Shown: positions 52,361 through 63,389 of the stretch, in pieces
Position numbering within the stretch: position 1 is the stretch's first letter
Layout of the letters: the number at the start of each line of letters is the position of its first letter
Assembly (NCBI RefSeq): GCF_001194135.2
Contig: NC_068985.1
Coordinates: forward strand, 49,126,110 to 49,190,109
DNA length: 64,000 nucleotides
Direction of reading: 5' to 3'
Origin: Octopus bimaculoides
Lineage: Eukaryota
Program-made: the position numbers and the translations under genes
The notes under the pieces: model-generated
What the model was told of the DNA's origin: nothing
The model's database searches: none
The model's input: only the letters and a program-made list of their open reading frames with translations

Positions 52361-53831
52361 TAATAATAGGCAGAAGTCACAGAGTGACAATGGCCAAATT
52401 TGTATTTGATAAGTGCCAATACACAAAACTCTCAGCTTTTGACTTACTCTCTAACTTCTGCTGATGATATATATACATACATATATGTATAAAAAAATCT
52501 CATCACGCAATTGAACCAATGAAAGAGCCTCTACCTGGTCACTTGATACACTAAAAATAGCAGCCAAAGTATCCCCATACTTAAATCACATGCCTATTGT
52601 ATGTAATGTCCTAGATTATCCCTAAAAAGATGGTTTGCTGAAGGCTGGAATGTCTGTGACAATAGGTTTGCTGTATCAGGGTTGACTTGAGTCTAAATAA
52701 CAACAAAATTATTGAGATTGAACAACGACAGCCTGTATGTGGTTGCATGACCTGCTAGAAAAAGTAGCCAAACTTTTTTATATACACAGTAGAAAAACCT
52801 CTCTCCTGTGATTTACACGTAGAGTCCATTATGTCTGGGAAGAAAGACGGAATGGTCACAGTTGGGATGTCTTTGATCATATTTGTTCAATCAGATCCAA
52901 CTCAGGACTAAACAACAGGTGACAAATGGAACGAGATGAGGCAACGAGAGAGCCTTTACCTGGTCGTTCGAATTGCTAGAAAGAGCAACCAAATCTTCCT
53001 GACAAAAAGAAAAATGAAATTTCCGTCTTCAAGAAAAAAAAAATAAAGCAAGTTTACATTATTTTATGTTCACTTAGGAATTCATTACTTCTAGAAAAGA
53101 ATAAGACAAAATGGTCATGGCTGGAACACCTTTTCTCACAGATCCATTACAATCAGAGCTATCCTGTGGTTAAAACAATATTCTTCACTGAATGATGAAG
53201 CCGCTAAAGTTAAAGAAAAGTTGAAAGAATAAAAGATAGCAAGTATCCATATTCCAAATATTGGGATTCTCTTGACTAGCGTAATTTATTCAAATTTCCG
53301 TATGAAATAAATAGAAAATGTTATGGGAACTCGGTACATATTATGGCTAATATCCAGTGTTGTACGAGAGTAGTTTCACAGATCTTGTCAATCTCAGTCA
53401 CAGATTTTTTAAATTAATTTTTTTTAACTGAATCAGTTTGAAACTTCAGATACTGGTTGAATGTGTCAGAGGTTTTTCTATTCTGTATATAAAATGTTTG
53501 GCTACTTTTTCTAGCAGGTCATGCAACCACATATAGGCTCTGTCATTGGTCTGTCTCAGTAATAATTTTCTAAAAATAATGAGCCGGAAGTTGTTGTTCG
53601 CAAACAGTAGCAGTAACTTTCTTCAGCTAAATAAACATTGATTGGTTAAAATTACCCAAATATGACAACTTTAACATGAAATAACTTCTAAAATACAAAA
53701 TTTTGTCAAAAACTTTAAGAGTAAACCCTCTTTCTACATGACACATTCGACCAGTATCTGAAGTTTCAAAGTGTTTAATTTTTTAAAAATTCATTAAAAA
53801 ATCTGTGCTTGAGATGGAAAAGATCCAGTAC
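51949..53831. mobile_element. Fold-back element with ~260-bp inverted arms; interior holds several SINE-tail repeats
   Basis: 51949-52205 is the inverted copy of ~53580-53831 (CTTTCCATCTCAAGCACAG..TACTGGTC..TAACCAATC..GAAGAAAGTTACTGCT..AACTTCC). Confidence 0.85.
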
Positions 53832-54221
53832 AGTCATGGCAAACTATAGCCTGCAGTACTTTCTGAATGGCATGCCACTTTAAAATTATCTTGAATTTTT
53901 TAGTAGCGCAGTCCATCTGATTGATTAACCATGTCTCATGTAGCCTGCTTCTTGAAGCAAGTTACCTATGCCTGATTTGGAGGAGCAGGCAGTTTTGCAA
54001 TACAAGTAGAATCTTTGACTGGTCACCTACCCATGTTATCACAGATCAATCCATGGCAAGCGTAATGTGGTTCACAATATTGAATGTATTGTCCCAGATC
54101 AGTGATGAATGAACCATTGATGAACAAGGCTACTTGTATTTATATTTTATTGCTGACAATTTCTAGTTATATTCATGTTGTGGTGATTCTTTAAATAAAT
54201 TCATTATTTTCTCTCTTCTAG

Positions 54222-54316
54222 ATTGTCCTAATCAATGGCTGAAATATGGTGAATCCTGTTACAATTTCATCATGAATTCACCGAAAACCATTGACATGGC
54301 TAAAGAAGAATGTAGT
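54222..54316 (+). CDS. Cont: Contactin-like, coding exon 2 (C-type lectin domain start)
   Basis: ctctcttctag| ... |gtaagt; (D)CPNQWLKYGESCYNFIMNSPKTIDMAKEECS is a classic CP..W....SCY......C start; phases 1->0. Confidence 0.93.
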
Positions 54317-54343
54317 GTAAGTAGTAATAATCCTTTCTACTAA

Positions 54344-54547
54344 AGGCACAAGGCCTGAAAGTTTATGGGGATGGAACTAGTAGATTACATCAACCCCTAG
54401 TGTTTCGCTGGTACTTATTTCATCAACCCCAAAAAGATGAAAGGCAAAGTCGCCCTTAGCAAAATTTAAACTCAGAACTCAAGGACAGACGAAATGCCTC
54501 TAAACATTTTGCCTAGCATGCTAACAATTCTGCCAGCTCACTGCTTT
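54344..54547 (-). mobile_element. SINE-B, strongly CpG-decayed, 27 bp after exon 2
   Basis: tcgacc->tcaacc, ggcgtg->agcatg, aacgatt->aacaatt, ctcgccgc->ctcactgc. Confidence 0.85.
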
Positions 54548-55369
54548 AATGTAAGTAGTAATAATGATCATAAGGTGGTCATTAGTGTCAGATGATTACA
54601 TTGCAACATTTGTTTGAGTTTTCTTTACTCAGAGTTCAAAATCCATCAAAATCTACTTTGCCTTTTCATCTTTTAAGGATCTGTGAAATAATATGCCACC
54701 CAGTGTTGGTATGGTTCTCTGTCTTCCCCTCCCTAGGTGAAGTGGTAAAGCATCATGAATGATATACTGGGTCAAGGTTGGGAGGGTTCAGAAGTAGCTT
54801 ATGTCAGTGGGAACCTAAAACCACAAACTAAAGTGTGGTTTATACTAATACCAATTCATCCTCAATTATGAGAGATGGCTGTAGATTTTTAATGCATTGT
54901 CTTCTTAAGCCTGTCATTTGTAGCATGTAAAAAAGTTGGACTGTTGTCCTGTTTGTTTAATGTACATTTTGTTACGCTACAGGCTAGAAGGGGAGTTATT
55001 TGAGGTAGGATTTTACAACTGGGTGCTATTCCATTTGCCAATTCTTATCTGTCTTTCAAGTAAGAGATTTTTTTTTTTATTCCACAGATTTTCAAAAGTG
55101 CAAAGCAACCAGTGATGTGTCAACATCATTCTGTTTTGCTCAAGTAGTGACAATCCTGAAATGTTGCTAAGACGTGTCAAGCTAAGTAAAAGCGTGGTTG
55201 TCCTTGATTACAGGCATGTCTCCTGCATCCTTCTCCGGCTGAGCATTCCTAATCCTGTTAAAACAAGCTTTCATATTATGATGTTGCTGCTTAAACAAGT
55301 TGACAAATTGAAGATGACATCTAGGTTTACCAAGAATGGTCCTGGGAGCTGGTGCCACATTAACACTCT

Positions 55370-55550
55370 CATGCCGGTGCTGCATAAAAGTACCCAGAAT
55401 ACTCTGTAAAGTGGTTGGCAATAGGAAGGGCATCCAGCCATAGAAAGCATACCAAAATAGACATGGAGCCTAGGCAGCTCTTCAGCTTGTCAGCTCCTGT
55501 CAAACTGTCCAACCCATACCAGCATGGAGAACAGATGTTGATGTTGATGC
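55370..55550 (+). mobile_element. RTE LINE 3' tail
   Basis: GGTTGGCAATAGGAAGGGCATCCAGCC ... CAGCATGGAGAACAGATGTT(GAT)n. Confidence 0.8.
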
Positions 55551-56350
55551 ACATTCATGTGGATGTGATGGCTTCCTTGCTGTCAGACTGAACCCAAAAC
55601 CACATGGTTGCAAAACAAGCTTCACCTAACTATGAACAGCATTGTGCATGCCAGCTGATAGTGGTTTTATTGTATGGGTAACAATATGACACTTTGGGCA
55701 TATTGCATTTTCTTCCACTCTTCAGCCTGTTCCTGGAAAGTGACTGTGATATTGGTTGTCTCTGAGGTTGTATTCATGTTTTATGGGTATCTGAAAGTGA
55801 AGGCCACAGTCCCTTCCCCCATGACCAAGAGCTTAAAAAATAATAAAATGCCTCAGCAGAGTGGGATATAGATATCAAATTATAGTTTCAGTTTTTCATA
55901 TACTGATTCTCAATGATGTTTTACTGTACCCTAGCTGAAGTTCCTTAACATGCAGTGTTCTACTTGTCTGCCTGTTCCTTCACAGTAGTATTTATCTTTG
56001 GTTTCTGTAGCTTCCAATCGACAGAAGACAAATCTTTCCTTCTTGAAGTAACTACCAATGAACAGTTACAAGTTGTTGGCTGTTGGAAAAGAATTGGCTG
56101 GAGTGGGAATTCCAGTTCTGACATCCTGGGAAAAAAGACTGCGGAAAAGTGGTTACTGGTAGTCCTGGGGTAGATACAATATGGTGGGTGGGAGAAAGAA
56201 GGAGAGGTAGTTGAGTTGAGAGAGTTTATTTGTGTTTGTTTTCTCTGTCTCTTTACCTTTGCTGGTTTTTTTTGTACACGTCTATGCGAGTATATATATA
56301 TACATGCATGCGTGTGTATATGCTAAGTATTCATTTGTTTCTAATTACAG

Positions 56351-56436
56351 AAATATGGTGCTACACTTGTCAATGTCAATTCAGGAGGAGAAAACAATTT
56401 CCTGACCTCCTACTTCGGTCAGAATAAACTAACTGG
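56351..56436 (+). CDS. Cont: Contactin-like, coding exon 3
   Basis: tttctaattacag| KYGATLVNVNSGGENNFLTSYFGQNKLT(G), matching A.LV.I....E..FL. The only frame-compatible strong donor is GG|gcaagt (GC), phase 2. Confidence 0.88.
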
Positions 56437-56765
56437 GCAAGTCAAGATTTATTTCCCTTAAAAATATTAGTGTCTTATTTTATATTGCTATTGGTGAACA
56501 ATTGTGTCATTGGCTACAGCTGTTTAATTAACTAATTTCTGATTCACAGCATTTCTGATGGTTACAGCAATAAGGGTTTGTTTAGGATTTAAATGTGAGC
56601 TAATTTAAGTTTCTTGCTTTGATAGTACAAATTTGAGCAAGCTTGTATAGCATGCTGTGTACTATTGGGAAGATCCTATGTTTATTAAATGATATTTATT
56701 TTTCACATGGATGGGGTGCTTTTTTTGTTGATCCCACCAATAATAGAATACTACACTATATAAAT

Positions 56766-58420
56766 ATAGGCTCGAAATGTAAAAGACTTTTTCATTTTTC
56801 CCAAGCGCCAAACTAATACACTTGCTTGTTGTTCTTACACCTGTCTTCATCTTTTGTTTTGCTATAAATTTCAACTATTTATATATATATGTATATATAT
56901 ATATATAAAAAATTACTTCTCCCAACATAATCATATTTTGTATATGTTTTCTACTCAATTTACTAGTACTTTAATGTTTTGCAGTAACAATCTTCAGGTG
57001 AACAACATTTATCGTAGCATCGGTAAAAAGAAATAGCTGTTGCAGCTCCTCCTCCCACCCTACCCACATCAAGCTCTCCATCCCCTACTCCCAATTCCTC
57101 TGTCTGTGCAGGCTCTGCAGTGACAACAATGACTTTGAGATTCAACTCGTGCCTTGCCACTTCATCCTTCGTGGATATCCCTTCACCACTATCTACACCG
57201 CCCTTGCCAGAGCACGTTCCATATACTGTGCCTTTGCTCTCTCTCCCTGCACCTGCCTACCATTACCCGTCTCCCGTTTCCCTTCACCTACCACTCCTCC
57301 ACCCCGCCAATGCACCATTCCTCAAGCCTTCTGTCGACTCCAGTCTGACCCCTCCACTTTGCACATCTTCCCCAACTTACCCCTTCCCTCCTTCAAACAA
57401 GCCCACAACCTACGTGACCTCCTGGTCCACAGTTTCTTCCCTAACCCCACCTCCCAACCTGGCTCGTTCCCCTGCTTCTGCCCATGCTGCTGCACTTGCC
57501 CCTACCTCTCCAACACCACCATCCTCAGGCACCTATCATTGTCCTTATCATATCACTGACTCCTTTACCTACTCTTCTAGCAACGTCATTTACTGCATCT
57601 CCTGCTCTTTCTGTTCTGTGTACATCAGTCAAACAAGACGCTGCTTGGCTGACTGGTTCGCGGAGCACCTCCGAGACATTAGATTCAGCAATGACACCCC
57701 AGTCTCACACCATTTCCACCCTACTGGTCATTCATTACAACACCTGTCTGTGTTCGGATTGTCTTTGCATGGAGGTCATCCGGACTCCTGCCTTTGCCAT
57801 GAACAGGAATTAATCTTCTTTCTTTGTTTCTTTGCACCATATGGACTCAACTCCCCTCCCCTCTTCATCTGACTCCCCTCATCTCCTCTCTTCATCTGTC
57901 ATCTACTTCTTCTCTTCACTCCTACCCACCTTCTCCCTTCATCAATACCCCCTCCATCCACATCTCATTCCTACATACCCCAACCCTACCCCCACATCCT
58001 CACCCCCAACCCACACCCACACCCTCACATCTCCACACCCCAACACCACCATACCACCCCGCATAAATTAGCACTGACCACTTCTCAGCACCCACACCGT
58101 TACCTACACATTACAGACTTACGTACACATCTACAAATGCACACGCGCCTTCGTTCTGGGATCTCCAACACTTTATTATCTCCCCTTCCTAGCTCTCCTG
58201 TATAACTACCTTTGTCCAGCCAGTCACCATGATTGACCGCTAGCTCCAAAAGTTTTTTATTCTCTCTCTGTTTATTTCCTCTTGTTCATTTCTGTTGAAG
58301 AGCGTAGACTCGAAAAAAGACTTTCTCATCTTCCCGAGCATCAAATTAAAACACCTGCTTGTTGTTTATACACCTGTCTTCATCTTTTGTTTTTCTGTAA
58401 ATTTCAACTAATATATATAT
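56766..58420 (+). mobile_element. Penelope-like element: upstream pLTR fragment, RT C-terminus, GIY-YIG endonuclease, 3' UTR/pLTR
   Basis: HPTHIKLSIPYSQFL.L.RLCS (RT end); ITDSFTYSSSNVIYCISCSFCSVYISQTRRCLADWFAEHLRDI..PVSHHF..GHS..E.ELIF.L..FAPYGLN (GIY-YIG). 56766-56880 repeats 58305-58420. Confidence 0.9.
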
Positions 58421-58495
58421 ATACAAATATATTAAAACACTACACTCATTATTATATTAGGAGATTGCTATTTATATTATCTTTCTTCTGTTTAG

Positions 58496-58644
58496 ATTTA
58501 CCTGGTACACAAGTGGTGAATACCTAGGAAACAATAAATTCCGTTGGATCGGAGATGGACAAGATATAAACAACAAAGAAATGTTTTGGGTAAATGATGC
58601 TGTGAAAAACAGTACAGGAAGATTTATTACTTATATTTATCATG
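58496..58644 (+). CDS. Cont: Contactin-like, coding exon 4
   Basis: ctttcttctgtttag| (G)FTWYTSGEYLGNNKFRWIGDGQDINNKEMFWVNDAVKNSTGRFITYIYH G|gtgagt; phases 2->1; WxG- and F.W.DG-like lectin motifs. Confidence 0.9.
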
Positions 58645-59537
58645 GTGAGTATTAAACATTTATTGTGTGTGTGTTAATGAATTCATTTATTGGACTACAT
58701 CCATGCTGGGACACCACTTTTAGTCAGTCATATTATCTGCTGTCTTTATTCTTACTGGAACATATTTTAGTAAATTCTATTTCATTAAGTTTCATATTTA
58801 ACATAAAAGACACAAAGGTTTACATTGGTAAAGGTAAACACACATGCAATACACTCAGAAACACATACATCCCCGCACTCCATCATTATCATCGTAATGA
58901 CATCTTGAGCAAGTGTCTTCCACTGTAGATCCAAGCCTGTCCATGCTTTATGAGTGGATCTGGCAGATGGAAACTGAAAGAAGCCTGTTGTACATATTTG
59001 TATGTATATATGTATGTGTGTGAGTGTATGCATTTGTGTGTACCCTTGTCTAGACACCACATGATGTTTGTAACTAAGCATTATCATCATACAATTGAGG
59101 TTGTTCGTTTCCAGTCTTTCACTTAAAAAATGCCTGGGCATCAGGAAAAATTACCTACCTTGCTTGGAGACAAGTGAGGGTTGGTGACAGAAAGGGTACC
59201 TGGTTCTAGAAAATTTACTTCAAATTCTATCTAAACCAGGCAACTAATGAAAAGTTGATGTTAAATGATGGTGATGTTATGTATAAAATTACTGTCTCTA
59301 TTAATACGATTAAATGACCCTTTAAACATTCTAGACTTTACAGGAAGTCTGAAAAATCACAGCTGGAAATATAAATGTTATGGAAGATATTTTTATGGCA
59401 TTCTTTTGCATTTTGTTAACATTGTTGGTATATAAACACAAACTACCATTAGTTTGTTATTGTGTAACTCAAGGTCTGCACTAACCAAGCAGATCAAAAA
59501 TGCTTCAGCAGCTGCTATCTTATTCATTTATTTTTAA

Positions 59538-60300
59538 CTAGCTGAATTACCCGGCGTTGCCCAGGTTACTGCTGTTTTTATTCAGATTAGTAAACAATAA
59601 ATATGAAGATATATTTGTTTTCTCATTATTATTTCAAAATCTCTATATTTATTAAAAAATATCCAAATTGTAGTGATAATAGAATTTAGAACTGCAAATC
59701 TGTCATTCTTGAGGCACCTCAGGGTAAATGATATTCATTGTGTAATTTTTTTGTTGGTGTCCAAATGAATAAATTGTTGCTGCTTCTAACTTGTGAGCAA
59801 TCAGCATAGAATTGGCCATGGGAGAGGCATGTAGTAGAGAGATGATGTCCAACTACCTTGAAGGATTGACTGGAAACTGAAGCATCTTAAAATTCAAATG
59901 GAAAATCTGTAGGTATGAGAGGAAATTTTAGAATAAAGACATTTTCTTCTTTGTGACTACCTGTTATGATTGTTGCCTGTAGGACATAAGGTTTCATATA
60001 AGTAACAATTAAGCCTGTTCCATTACATAGGTGAGATTAGTCAAGATTCCTAATCAACATAATGGGAGCATCCAGCTTTAGTGTCAAGTTATGTGGTAGC
60101 ATCCCAGTGGGTTTAAGTGTGTTCAGAAATTCAACAGGGTATTGAACTGCCTGATCTTGATCAACTATTGTGTGAATTGATGGAAAGGTCTTTTCTGATG
60201 TGTCTGTTAACTTTTGAAGAAGTTCATGATTGAGTTTATCAACCATTTCATTAGTTGGAGCCAGTATAGCTCTTTCACATAGCCAGTTTACATCAGTCTA
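59538..60300 (-). mobile_element. Helitron 3' fragment (PIF1 helicase C-terminus)
   Basis: WLCERAILAPTN, YPVEFLNTLKPTGMLPHNLTLKLDAPIMLIRNLD, LCNGT, FIPRIPLIP.DFPFEFK..QFPV, SHGQFY. The 3' end reads CTGGGCAACGCCGGG (hairpin)..CTAG|T on the minus strand. Confidence 0.9.
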
Positions 60301-61416
60301 ATTGACAATCACATACACTCACACACTCATGCACTCCTATACACTCACACACACACACACACACGCACTCACATACACTCACACACACATTAACTCTCAC
60401 ATACATATACTAAGACAGACACACACACTCACAGACACATACACACTTATATACAAAATTTCATAGTCATGGTGTTATAAAATGTCTGTTATAAAATTAC
60501 TATGTTGCATGTATTGAATGCGCAGACGCACACACACTCAAAGACGCACACACTCATATACAAAATGTGTTAAAGAGATGGCCTTCTCCAAAGAATTGGT
60601 AGTCGCTGTGTGTGTGTGTGTTTGTTTCCTTGTCTTGACATTACTTGGCTGTCATGAGTGAGTGACATCATTGTATGAGCAGTGTGATTTATTTTCAGTC
60701 TTTTGTGAAAATATGCCTGGCCAAGGGGAAATATCTTACTTGGAAACAGTTGTGGGTTGCCCACAGGAAGGGCAACTGGGTGTACAAAATCACTCTCAGT
60801 GAGTTCCATCTGATCCATTCAAGTATAAAAAAGTAGACATTAAAACAATGATTTTATATATATATATATAAAATGAGAGAGAGAGATTATGAATGATAAG
60901 GATACACATCATTGAATAGAATGGACTAAGCGAAGCAAGAAGATGGANNNNNNNNNNNNNNNNNNNNNNNNNNNNNNNNNNNNNNNNNNNNNNNNNNNNN
61001 NNNNNNNNNNNNNNNNNNNNNNNNNNNNNNNNNNNNNNNNNNNNNNNNNNNNNNNNNNNNNNNNNNNNNNNNNNNNNNNNNNNNNNNNNNNNNNNNNNNN
61101 NNNNNNNNNNNNNNNNNNNNNNNNNNNNNNNNNNNNNNNNNNNNNNNNNNNNNNNNNNNNNNNNNNNNNNNNNNNNNNNNNNNNNNNNNNNNNNNNNNNN
61201 NNNNNNNNNNNNNNNNNNNNNNNNNNNNNNNNNNNNNNNNNNNNNNNNNNNNNNNNNNNNNNNNNNNNNNNNNNNNNNNNNNNNNNNNNNNNNNNNNNNN
61301 NNNNNNNNNNNNNNNNNNNNNNNNNNNNNNNNNNNNNNNNNNNNNNNNNNNNNNNNNNNNNNNNNNNNNNNNNNNNNNNNNNNNNNNNNNNNNNNNNNNN
61401 NNNNNNNNNNNNNNNN

Positions 61417-61599
61417 TATAATTTAACACACTCACTGGTAAAATTTCCACTTATTTCTTATTTTTATTTTCCTAAAATTTTCATTGTGTCTTCCAACCTT
61501 TTCAATAGTCAGGACTATTGAAAAGGTTGCAAGACACAAAGAAAATTTTAGGAAAATAAAAATAAGTGGGAATTTTACTGGTGAGTGTGTTAAATTATA
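61417..61599. repeat. Near-perfect ~183-bp palindrome (hairpin MITE-like)
   Basis: Arms 61417-61510 and 61513-61599, 2-nt spacer, 5 mismatches plus one 7-nt indel, TATA ends. Confidence 0.9.
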
Positions 61600-61937
61600 A
61601 GGCACAAAAAGAAAATGACTCTCCCCAGACACAACAGAATATGCTTCAACACACAAACTCACATAAAGAATCTTGCAAACCAAATCCAAAAACGAAATCT
61701 ATTTATATATATATATATAAAATGAGAGAGAGAGATTATGAATGATAAGGATACACATCATTGAATAGAATGGACTAAGCGAAGCAAGAAGATGGAAAGT
61801 GTTGCTGAAGAGGTCACATATGTGAGATAAAATATTTCCAGACAATGGACATGAGTTAGAATAAGAACAGTAATATACGAATGAAGAACGAATGTATAGT
61901 GTGTGTGTTTATTTTGCAAAAAGAAAAAAAATGACCA

Positions 61938-62974
61938 GGTGTAGGAGCGGCTGTGTGGTAAGTAGCTTGCTTACCAACCACATGGCTCTGGGTTCAGTCA
62001 CACTGCATGGTACCTTGGGCAAGTGTCTTCTACTATAGCCTCGGGCTGACCAAAGCCTTGTGAGTGGATTTGGTAGACGGAAACTGAAAGAAGCCCGTCA
62101 TATATATATAAGTCAGTAAATGGTGGGGTTGTGTTAACCGCACATGGAGAAATAATAGGAAAATGAAAAATAATAATAAGGCAGAATGCTAAACTGAAAG
62201 CATATTTTAATATAGATGTGTAAAAAGGATTTCTAACCGGCTTCTATTGCATGGCAAATTTTCAAGAAGAGGGAGAATGANNNNNNNNNNNNNNNNNNNN
62301 NNNNNNNNNNNNNNNNNNNNNNNNNNNNNNNNNNNNNNNNNNNNNNNNNNNNNNNNNNNNNNNNNNNNNNNNNNNNNNNNNNNNNNNNNNNNNNNNNNNN
62401 NNNNNNNNNNNNNNNNNNNNNNNNNNNNNNNNNNNNNNNNNNNNNNNNNNNNNNNNNNNNNNNNNNNNNNNNNNNNNNNNNNNNNNNNNNNNNNNNNNNN
62501 NNNNNNNNNNNNNNNNNNNNNNNNNNNNNNNNNNNNNNNNNNNNNNNNNNNNNNNNNNNNNNNNNNNNNNNNNNNNNNNNNNNNNNNNNNNNNNNNNNNN
62601 NNNNNNNNNNNNNNNNNNNNNNNNNNNNNNNNNNNNNNNNNNNNNNNNNNNNNNNNNNNNNNNNNNNNNNNNNNNNNNNNNNNNNNNNNNNNNNNNNNNN
62701 NNNNNNNNNNNNNNNNNNNNNNNNNNNNNNNNNNNNNNNNNNNNNNNNNNNNNNNNNNNNNNNNNNNNNNNNNNNNNNNNNNNNNNNNNNNNNNNNNNNN
62801 TGGTATATTTATTTTTTTATATATTATTTTTTACTTTTTTGTAAAAAACATTTTCATTCTCCCTCTTCTTGAAAATTTGCCATGCAATGAAAGCCGGTTA
62901 GAAATCCTTTTTACACATCTATATTAAAATATGCTTTCAGTTTAGCATTCTGCCTTATTATTATTTTTCATTTT

Positions 62975-63015
<41 letters not shown>

Positions 63016-63228
63016 ATGTTTGTGTGTCTGTGTTTGTCCCCCCCAACATAACTTGACAACCGATGCTGGTGTGTTTACGTCCCCGTAACTTAGCGGTTCG
63101 GCAAAAGAGAGCGATAGAATAAGTACTAATCTTACAAAGAATAAGTTCTGGGGCTGATTTGCTCGACTAAAGGTGGTGCTCCAGCATGACCACAGTCAAA
63201 TGACTGAAACAAGTAAAAGAGAAAAAGA
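61938..63228 (+). mobile_element. SINE-D split at its internal (TA)n by a TIR element
   Basis: Head 61938-62110, tail ~62980-63228. Confidence 0.85.
62155..62979. mobile_element. Young DNA element with at least 126-bp inverted arms (interior in gap)
   Basis: 62155-62280 versus 62854-62979: 124/126 identical, inverted; sits in (TA)n. Confidence 0.85.
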
Positions 63229-63281
63229 GAGCATCCCAAAATACAATAGATTATAAATTTTTTTCCATTTATGTTTTCAAG

Positions 63282-63389
63282 ATGGCAAATACAGTTGGAT
63301 CCGGGATGATGGGCAGACACTACGTTCTAGTATCTGTGAAATTCCTGAAAAAGAAAGCTACAGAATTTATAATCAACACAGAAACTTTG
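63282..63389 (+). CDS. Cont: Contactin-like, coding exon 5 (end of lectin domain and linker); gene continues beyond the window
   Basis: ttttcaag| (D)GKYSWIRDDGQTLRSSICEIPEKESYRIYNQHRNF G|gtaagt. The ICE motif closes the domain, and the R.F ending recalls the R.(F/Y).YG linker before the Ig domains of protostome contactins. Confidence 0.88.

Noticed and set aside
55960-56170. Possible CR1/L2 3' end on the minus strand (SFFP...WNS)
   Set aside because: Only a short frameshifted motif; insufficient to list as a feature.
60870-60947. Exact ~78-bp duplicate of 61718-61797
   Set aside because: Identical copy ending at a gap edge; most likely a contig-overlap artefact.
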